IMG/VR virus record: IMGVR_UViG_3300032007_000002
From: a virus
Lineage: Duplodnaviria > Heunggongvirae > Uroviricota > Caudoviricetes
Length of the DNA stretch: 64,000 bases
Direction: 5' to 3' (one strand)
Of this stretch, positions 56,830 through 64,000 are shown in pieces; positions within the stretch are counted from its first letter, which is position 1, and each line of letters starts with the position of its first letter. A model generated the notes under the pieces. That model saw only the letters and a program-made list of their open reading frames with translations, was not told the origin of the DNA and searched no databases. The position numbers were made by a program, and so were the translations under genes.

Positions 56830-57516
56830 GTTCAGCCTTCCCTCGGATCTTCCTTTTCCGCGGCATCGAGCGCTTCCACCGTAGCGGGAAGCGGTCGCGT
56901 ATGGAAATACTTTATTTCCTGGGTTTCATACCGCTCGGTTTTGCGCTTGGTTTCCACGACGCAGCCGGCGCAGACCGTATATCTCAGCTTACCCAGGTCA
57001 GGATAGACCATGGCGGCAAGCTCGGAAATCCGCTGCCGGCACCTTTCATAGCTCCAGTCCGTCACGGAAACTTCCGTATTTTGATACGGGCCCCGGTTCG
57101 CGTAATGCAAATCGCACACGGTGATGGTGAATACCCTGCGCTTGTCGCCTACCATGACTAGCCTCCTACGAACCCGTCCATCGAGACGGGGATGTGGCCG
57201 CGGTAGCGCCGGAACTTGGCCAGGTACTTTTCCAGGTGGGCCTTCATCGGGCCGGTTGCTTCCCGGATGCGGCGTTCGATGTCCCGGCACTCCTCGCGGA
57301 ATGCCTTGCGTTCGAGCTTGTGGTCGTTCATTTTGCGTCCTTCACGTCGATTGCGGTATAGCCCCATTGCTCCTGCATGAACTTCGCCATGGCCGGGCCG
57401 ACGATGGGGCGGAACGGGACCTGACGGCGGGTGGCCTCCCGGATGCGGCGGGAGACCTCGACGAGTGTGTTCACGATGTTGGAAAAACGTTCATTCTTGA
57501 AAGCCATAGCAACTCC

Positions 57517-57975
57517 TTATTTTCCCGTTGGCATGTCGGGGGTTTCCCAGGCCGACCGCTGCCGGTCGATGATCCCGATGCCGTAAAGCGAAAAGTCCGA
57601 TATTTCGTTCACGCCGTCGATTGGCTTCGCGTTGCCGGTGCCGAACGGGGCCGGCACGAGAGTTTTGTCATCCAGTCCTTTGCAGATGAATTTGCCGATA
57701 TCCGTGGCTTTCTGGATACGCAGTTCCGACACCAGGCAATGGTCCTTGATGGACAGGTAGGCGAACCCCTGGATGTCATCCAGGTGAATTTCAGGCGCTT
57801 CCTCGGGTCGGCGCTCCCGTGGCATGCCGAGCCGGACGGGAACCGGCTGGCCGTTCAGCCCGTTCAAGGCTGTCTGGACTACTTCCTCGCTGTACTTGCG
57901 GTTGTTGCGGTTCACGACGTCAAGCGGCATTACGCACCGTGTATATACATTCACTTCTTCATTTTCGGAAGCCAT
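57517..57975 (-). CDS. Degenerate T4 gp21-like prohead protease paralog (152 aa)
   Basis: VVNRNNRKYSEEVV matches gp21 VVNRNKRLYPKRIL (from memory); catalytic His/Ser/Asp positions read LGMP, PAPFGTG, GIGII. Confidence 0.65.
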   Translation of the reverse strand: MASENEEVNVYTRCVMPLDVVNRNNRKYSEEVVQTALNGLNGQPVPVRLGMPRERRPEEAPEIHLDDIQGFAYLSIKDHCLVSELRIQKATDIGKFICKGLDDKTLVPAPFGTGNAKPIDGVNEISDFSLYGIGIIDRQRSAWETPDMPTGK

Positions 57976-58597
57976 CGTAACTCCTTTTCTCGTAAGGCAT
58001 TAGCGGTTGTACCAGTGGACATACTTGTAGTCCCGGTTGATGATACCCTCCGTGATTTGGGAGGGCTGGACACGAAGCTCATCACGGTCTTCATGTTCTG
58101 TCTGGGAATTGCTGTAATAGCCGAAGCCATCGTAGTCCATGAAGCCACCGCTATTGCAGTCTTTGATGAATTCGTCGAGTTCTATCACCATGTCAATACC
58201 CTCGTTTCACCGGCGGGTAATCTTGTATTCGATGTGGACGAAACCATTCGCGTCCACTCGATAAAGTGTCAAGGTCTGGTCATCTTCCAGGTTTTCCATA
58301 GCCCCATGAAGTTTGGCCATAGCCTCCTCGCGGGTATCTATACGTTCCATATTTATGGTACTGGGCGGGAGATCGGCCGTAATTTGCCAATATGGTTTTG
58401 CCATGATAGTTTCCTTTATAGTGTCATAGCAAACTACAGGAGGTTGATGTAGTCGATGCAGAGGGTCTCGTTGCCGGTCGGGCGATCGAAACGCGTCTCG
58501 CCCGGTCGCGGTGGCTGTCTGGCCGTGATTACGGTAATCTTGCGCTTGATGGCCAGTTCGCGAAGTTTTTCAAACTGTGTGTTCGGCATGTTCCCTC

Positions 58598-59278
58598 CTA
58601 GCTGTTGTGGATATATTCGAGCTCGTCCGCGACGTCGCGCATGCTGTTCGCGGCCATCCAGACCTTGCGGTTGTCGATGAAGTCCCTGACCTTCTGGTAA
58701 GAATTGTAGGCCTTCCTGGAGAAATGAAGGTCGCCGTCGGCGCACTTCAGGTACATCGTGTCGCTGTCCGGCTTCTCGCCCGTAAGATTCTTGACCACGT
58801 CGTAGCGCTCCTTGACGGCGAGGCGGGGCCTTTCCGCCGTCGCGACCGTGTCATAGACCTCGCGCATCATGGGGATGCTCGCCAAGTCATGCACACAGAA
58901 CGGGAACACGTCGACGTCGTAGGCGTAGATGTTGTCGTTCTTGGCGCGGAGGGTCTCCCACATCATCTCCGCGTATTTGCGGTAGGGATGTTCCACGCCG
59001 GAGATGACGCCGGAAATCGTCTGGTCGAACGCCCCGAGCGGCATGCGGTTGAGCGCATGGACCATTGCGAGGCAGATTGTGAAGAAGTCGAGGACGGCAT
59101 GGGCCTTCACCCTGTCGTCCGGCGCCTGGACGTCGCCGAAACGGTCGTCGATGCGGGCGTGGGCGTTCTTGACGTTGCTCTCGTCATTGAGACGGGCGAG
59201 ACTGTCGATGAAGACGCCAATCTTGGTGAAGTCTTCGAGCGTCTCGGGGATCTGGATAGTCTTGGTTACGGATTTCAT
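58598..59278 (-). CDS. Hypothetical protein (226 aa)
   Basis: AAGGAG RBS. Confidence 0.7.
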   Translation of the reverse strand: MKSVTKTIQIPETLEDFTKIGVFIDSLARLNDESNVKNAHARIDDRFGDVQAPDDRVKAHAVLDFFTICLAMVHALNRMPLGAFDQTISGVISGVEHPYRKYAEMMWETLRAKNDNIYAYDVDVFPFCVHDLASIPMMREVYDTVATAERPRLAVKERYDVVKNLTGEKPDSDTMYLKCADGDLHFSRKAYNSYQKVRDFIDNRKVWMAANSMRDVADELEYIHNS

Positions 59279-59287
59279 GGGGGCTCC

Positions 59288-59614
59288 TTACGACTTACCA
59301 ACCGCCTGCTCGGCTTCCTTGACAGCCTTGTCGAACACGTCGCAGACCATGCGGTATTCGTCGCCTTTCATCTCTTGGGTCAGGCATTGGTGCTCGCCAA
59401 TATCGCAGGCGCAGCGGTTGGTGACGAGGACGAGAACGCTCCCATGCAAGTCGAGGGAGTAGCCCATGCCGTTCTTGAACGGCATGCAGCGTTGGTTGTT
59501 GAGATACTTGAGGACGGCCGCGGCATGCGCCTTGGAACGCAGGTTCTTGATGATGCGGTAGTTGTACCGGTCATACTTCTTGTTGAGTTCGAGTTTCGTT
59601 ACACTATCTGGCAT
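59288..59614 (-). CDS. Hypothetical protein (108 aa)
   Basis: Promoter motif at 59632 and GAGGT RBS. Confidence 0.7.
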   Translation of the reverse strand: MPDSVTKLELNKKYDRYNYRIIKNLRSKAHAAAVLKYLNNQRCMPFKNGMGYSLDLHGSVLVLVTNRCACDIGEHQCLTQEMKGDEYRMVCDVFDKAVKEAEQAVGKS

Positions 59615-59668
59615 GATGGTTACCTCTGCATGAAATATAGCAATATAGGGTTGCGTCAGTAGCTTGGT

Positions 59669-60166
59669 TCACTTGGGGAACTTTAAGACTTTTGTAATCT
59701 TCTTGTTGATCGCCACGAACCTGTGCGGATAATACCAGCTCACGGCGTCTATGGGCTGGATGCCGAACACGACATACGGCTTTTCCTTGGCAAGTTTCTC
59801 ACGTCGTTCCTCGTCATGTTCGCATGAAAATACACGGGACGTGATGTCGTCAAGCATACGCCACGGGTCGCTGCCCTGCAAGGCATAGCCGACGGTGTAC
59901 TCAAACTTGACAATGTCGTGCTTCTTCGTGACTTCGTTGTAGTAGAGGACATTCTTCTTGCGATACTCGACCACGGCGTATTCGGCCTTGGCGAGCACGC
60001 CGATACGGGCTTTCCCGTCCTTGCCCTTGACGAGGACATAGACGGAATCAAGTCGGGCTTTCGCCGCGAGCGCCGCGAACTCTTCCATTTCGTGCAGGGT
60101 GCCCTTTAAGATTTTGCAAAGGGCGGTCCACTGCTTTTCAGTAATTGCTTTGGTCCAAATACGCAT
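59669..60166 (-). CDS. Hypothetical protein (165 aa)
   Basis: GGAGG RBS; downstream of hicB. Confidence 0.65.
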   Translation of the reverse strand: MRIWTKAITEKQWTALCKILKGTLHEMEEFAALAAKARLDSVYVLVKGKDGKARIGVLAKAEYAVVEYRKKNVLYYNEVTKKHDIVKFEYTVGYALQGSDPWRMLDDITSRVFSCEHDEERREKLAKEKPYVVFGIQPIDAVSWYYPHRFVAINKKITKVLKFPK

Positions 60167-60183
60167 AAATCCTCCGTCAAACC

Positions 60184-60600
60184 TTACACGAACTGAATTT
60201 CCAGACGCTTGCCCATACATTCTGCGATGCGCTTTAGCATCTTAACGCTTAAATTTGCCTTGCGACTTTCAAGCCGCTGATACGCCTGTTTTGTCATGCC
60301 CATTTTATGGGCTATAGTTGCTTGGGGGACTTTTCCGCGGGCAACTGCCACCTGCAATGCCACAGCAAGTACGGGATCTACTTCTATACGGTATAAACCC
60401 TTGCGTTCGTTTGCTTTCGTCTTGCTGACGGGCAGCGGTTTGCCGTCAAAGACGTATTCAAGGGTAAGCTCCATAGCCTCCCGGGCTTCCTTAAGCGCCT
60501 CTTCGAGAGTGTCTCCCTGCGTAAAGCACCCGTCAATATCAGGGAACGATACTGAATAGCCGCCGTCCTTTTCCTTGGTTAGTTTCGCAGTATAGTTCAT
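60184..60600 (-). CDS. hicB: HicB-family antitoxin with C-terminal XRE HTH (138 aa), no hicA adjacent
   Basis: GGYSVSFPDIDGCFTQGDTLEEALKEAREA signature; HTH QATIAHKMGMTKQAYQRLE. Confidence 0.88.
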   Translation of the reverse strand: MNYTAKLTKEKDGGYSVSFPDIDGCFTQGDTLEEALKEAREAMELTLEYVFDGKPLPVSKTKANERKGLYRIEVDPVLAVALQVAVARGKVPQATIAHKMGMTKQAYQRLESRKANLSVKMLKRIAECMGKRLEIQFV

Positions 60601-60704
60601 GCCGCCTCCGTTGGGTTGGCTGATTGGTTTGCTCAAAGAAATATAGCAAAAACTGTCCACGGCCATGCCGGAAACTATAAACTACAACCATAAAGGAGAA
60701 CGCC

Positions 60705-61720
60705 ATGTCCCAGCCCATCTATGCAGCATTTACCGGCAACACGCTGAAAATCCTCCCCCTGTCTCCCTACCGCGACATAATCCCGGAAGGGACCGTAATC
60801 AACGGGTTCCCGGACGGCATCCGCGGCAGCGTCGGGGTGAAGCTCGTGAAGATCGAGGACGGCGTGTTCGAGCGGGTATTCTTTGACCTGGACGGGACGA
60901 AGAACACGGAATACTACCCGGTCAAGGTGACTACCGCCGATATAGGCGACGGGCACCCCCTGATCATCAGGGAGCACCTCACCAACGACGAGAGCTGCCT
61001 CTGGCTCAACGACCTGCTGGACGGCCCGGAGAAATATCTCCGCGGCGAGTTCGAGAAGACCAGGCGGAACGAGCCGTCCAGGTTCGTGTTCATGCGCAAG
61101 TACGAATACCCGGACGACATGTACGAAATCCACAACCCGGAAACGAAGAAGTGCAACGTGATCGACGTGTCCTCCGGGCAGCTCATGTTCCCGGAATGGT
61201 GCGACTCGGTCGAGTTCAGGGACGGGAAGTGGTCCTGGTCGAATACGCCCAGGCTCGAGGGCATCGACGCGCTCGCGCAGGCCTTCACCGAAGCCGCCCA
61301 GACACGCTTCGTCACCGAGGACGACCTCAAAAAGTATGTCAGCGATGAGGACATCGACAAGTATGCAAACGAAGTCGAGATGAAAAAGTTGCACGAGAAG
61401 GCGCCCGAGAAGAAGTCCGGCCTGGTCCTCGTCCCGGCGGACCTGGTGGCGATTGTCGCAAGGCGCATGCAGGCGGCCGCAGAATACGACGGTCTCAACT
61501 ACGTCATCGACCCGGACGGCCTCGAGCTCCACCTCGACAACGGCTACATGACCGGGAAGCTCTCCTACGACACCCACAGGGAGGCGCTTGTCTCCCCGAC
61601 CACAGGCGGGACCTACCCGCTCGACGACAACACCGACCTCGACTGGATTACCAAGAAAATCCTCGACGACATAGACCCGGAACGCTTCGAGGAGAAGATC
61701 GTCGGGAAGTACGACGAGGG
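60705..61720 (+). CDS. 5' part of a 409-aa acidic protein interrupted by the TnpB element
   Basis: ORF stops at the first codon inside the element; joins in frame to 63344-63557. Confidence 0.8.
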
Positions 61721-63343
61721 TTGACTACTGTTAAATAAATTTTACACGCTTTTTAACAATTTTCCACACTTTTGCATAAAACTGTTGTGTTTGCAATCGT
61801 GTGAAAAATAATGTATATTATAAACTGAAAATAGCAAGCGAGTTCTTGGCCGTCCTTGGTTGCATATTGGGATTTTAAATGCTCGATGGATGCTGACGGC
61901 CAAAATAAGCGTTCATCGGGCATTTGCTATATAGATTATGGAACAGCAGTGCGGAAGGAAGATATGCTTGAAGCCAAGCAAGGCACAGGTACGGACGATG
62001 TACCGTATGTGTGCTGTTTCCCGCCGTGCATACAACTGGAAACTTGCGGAACAGAACAAGGCTTACGAGGAAGCTAAGGCCAATACACCGGAAGGCGAGA
62101 AGGTCAAGTGTACCCTCGGTACACCGAGGGACTGGCACAAGGAATGGTGCGTTTACAAGAAGCTGCCTGACAACAAGTGGATGACCGAAGTCTCCAAGTT
62201 CTGCGGTCAGGAAGCACTTATCGACCTCGGTTCCGCATGGAAGCGGTTCTTCAAGGGACTGGCAAAGCACCCACGCTTCCACCTCTATAACCAGGACAAT
62301 TCGTTCCGCTGCTCCGGTGGTGTATTCATCGGTCGTGATTTTGTCCAGATACCTACCCTCGGTAGAATCAAGCTCCGTGAGAAGGACTACATCAAGATAC
62401 CGAAGGACTCCGAGAAGATACCGCTCGCTATGGCGACCGTATCGGTGGATGCCGCTGGCAAGTGGTATGTTTCCTTCGCCTATGTAGCTGACATCGTTCC
62501 AGTCCACGAATCCATCTCCTCGTTCGAGGAACAGGACATCGTAGGCGTCGATTTCGGCGTCAAGGACCTGGCAATCACAAGCGACGGCATCGTCTATGCC
62601 AACCCGAAAGCCTACCGTCACGCAAAGGCTAGACTCCGTAGATTCCAGCGAGCATTATCACGCAAGAAGAAACACTCCAAGAACCGTGAGCGGTGTCGCA
62701 AATTGTTGGCTAGAATCCACCGCAGGATAACCAACATCCGTGTAAATGCTGCTCATCAGTTCACTGCCGACATTACAAAGCATACGAAGCCGAAGGCCAT
62801 CGTCATCGAAGACCTGAAACCGAAGAACATGTCCAAGAACCACAAGCTGGCTTCCGCTATATTGGATGCCAACTTCGGACGGATGAGACAGTTCCTGGAA
62901 TACAAGTGTGCATGGCTAGGCATACTGTTGTTCTTCGCACCGCAGTTCTACGCTTCTAGCCGTTATTGCTCTCATTGCGGGCAATACTACAACAAGGATT
63001 TGACCCTGGATGACAGGGAATGGGTATGCCCGGTATGCGGGCATCACCACGACAGAGATTACAATGCAGCCAGGAACTTGCAGTTCTATGGCCTGTGGCT
63101 ACTAAACCTAGTAGTCCCAACTGAAACCAATGCGGTGAGATACACCGTAAGTGGAGAAACTCCCACGAATGCTTGCCCCCACGGCGACATACAATGTGTC
63201 ACCTATCGGGAAGGTATGGTTTACACCAGCCCCAAAGACATGAGGTTGCAGTTCTTTGAAACACAGGAACAGTGCATGGCGATGAAGCAAGAAATCACTA
63301 ATACATATTTAATTGGTAAAAATGTGTAGAAATGATTTATCGG
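61721..63343 (+). mobile_element. IS607-like non-autonomous TnpB element (1623 bp, no tnpA)
   Basis: AGGG immediately 5'; element ends in GG; related AT-rich subterminal motifs (TTTTACACGCTTTTTAACAATT vs reverse-complement TTCTACACATTTTTACCAATT); removal restores the host ORF. Confidence 0.8.
61938..63329 (+). CDS. tnpB: TnpB RNA-guided endonuclease (463 aa)
   Basis: N-terminal HTH (LKPSKAQ), RuvC GVDFG / IEDL / DRDYNAA, CSHC...CPVC zinc ribbon; long C-terminal tail overlapping the likely omega-RNA. Confidence 0.95.
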   Translation: MEQQCGRKICLKPSKAQVRTMYRMCAVSRRAYNWKLAEQNKAYEEAKANTPEGEKVKCTLGTPRDWHKEWCVYKKLPDNKWMTEVSKFCGQEALIDLGSAWKRFFKGLAKHPRFHLYNQDNSFRCSGGVFIGRDFVQIPTLGRIKLREKDYIKIPKDSEKIPLAMATVSVDAAGKWYVSFAYVADIVPVHESISSFEEQDIVGVDFGVKDLAITSDGIVYANPKAYRHAKARLRRFQRALSRKKKHSKNRERCRKLLARIHRRITNIRVNAAHQFTADITKHTKPKAIVIEDLKPKNMSKNHKLASAILDANFGRMRQFLEYKCAWLGILLFFAPQFYASSRYCSHCGQYYNKDLTLDDREWVCPVCGHHHDRDYNAARNLQFYGLWLLNLVVPTETNAVRYTVSGETPTNACPHGDIQCVTYREGMVYTSPKDMRLQFFETQEQCMAMKQEITNTYLIGKNV

Positions 63344-63557
63344 AAGGAAGTTCTCCTTCCGCGAGGACGGATATAAACTATCAGTCGAAAACAAGGAAAC
63401 CGGCGACAACTACTCATCGACAGTCCTGGAATACGACCCGGAGGCCAAGGAGCTGAAAGGGAAGGACGGGGGCGCATCGTTCAGGCTGGACGACGGCACC
63501 AACATCAGGAAGCTGGCGAGCGAGATTTTCAACCGGACGGAGACGATGGACCTATGA
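63344..63557 (+). pseudogene. Start-less 3' fragment (70 aa) of the interrupted gene
   Basis: Open frame RKFSFREDG...ETMDL* preceded by an in-frame TGA inside the element; repeats the domain at the end of 60705-61720. Confidence 0.8.
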
Positions 63558-63952
63558 GCAAACAGCTCGACAAGATTTACGAGAACTTCCTCGAAGGCAC
63601 CTGCAAGAAGTACGGCGTGCCCGCCGAGGCAGAGAGCCTCCTGAAGGAAGGCTTCGCCAGGTATTCCGCCATGTGCGAGGCCGAGGAGGCAGAAGTCGAG
63701 AAGTACCGCAAGAAGCCGGTGCCCGTCGACGCGATCGAGTGGACCGGCGACAACTTCGACGACATCAAGGACTTCGCCGGCGACAAGGTGAAGATGAAAA
63801 ACGGCGAGCTCATCGTCGTCACCCCGGAAGACGGGAAGAAGACCAAGGCCGAGCACGTCGCGACCAAGGGCGACTACGTCATAAGGGGCGTCAAGGGCGA
63901 GTTCTACTTCTGCAAGCCCGACATCTTCAAGAAGACATACACCCCCGCATAA
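63554..63952 (+). CDS. Conserved small phage protein (KKPV..DAIEW...GDY family, 132 aa)
   Basis: KYRKKPVPVDAIEWTG and KGDYVIRGVKGEFYFCKPDIFKKTY motifs. Confidence 0.75.
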   Translation: MSKQLDKIYENFLEGTCKKYGVPAEAESLLKEGFARYSAMCEAEEAEVEKYRKKPVPVDAIEWTGDNFDDIKDFAGDKVKMKNGELIVVTPEDGKKTKAEHVATKGDYVIRGVKGEFYFCKPDIFKKTYTPA

Positions 63953-64000
63953 GGAGAGACAATGAACTTACTGACCGGGAAATACCAGGTATTCGTCGAG

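Noticed and set aside
13659-59662. Many long plus-strand or alternate-frame ORFs (for example 13659-14849, 24823-25974, 46851-48191, 49364-51619)
   Set aside because: Antisense shadows of GC-rich minus-strand genes; no RBS or promoter and low-complexity translations
61721-61937. Group I intron (IStron) at the left end of the TnpB element
   Set aside because: Only about 217 nt, largely AT-rich end and promoter sequence, with no recognisable P7 core; splicing not excluded without RT-PCR

Overview
64-kb segment of a large lytic-type dsDNA phage, almost all genes on the minus strand. T4-like head-gene paralogs and TATATTTC promoters suggest an FCB-group host such as Fibrobacter (inference). (1) 1-11.9 kb: about 25 small genes, each in a cassette with a bipartite box (GGAATCAC-N28-30-T[A/C]ACATAG), a shared RBS and often a terminator, probably an early host-takeover module. 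(2) 12.2-16.5 kb, the standout: a stand-alone type V CRISPR-like system. It has an 894-aa RuvC effector (D457/E670/D876 intact) resembling Cas-lambda/Cas12L from memory, a 15-repeat array with a conserved stem but variable loop, and downstream genes for a Zn-finger protein and an ACP-like protein lacking its Ser. No cas1/cas2/cas4 in the window. (3) 16.5-60.6 kb: accessory genes including a CCA-adding enzyme, tRNA(CAU) without encoded CCA, apparently dead terminase-ATPase and prohead-protease paralogs, orphan HicB and MqsA-like antitoxins, a RiPP-leader-like peptide and a promoter-driven ~318-nt structured non-coding RNA. (4) 61.7-63.3 kb: an IS607-like TnpB-only element whose removal restores an in-frame 409-aa gene. 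All family assignments are by eye; no database searches were run.
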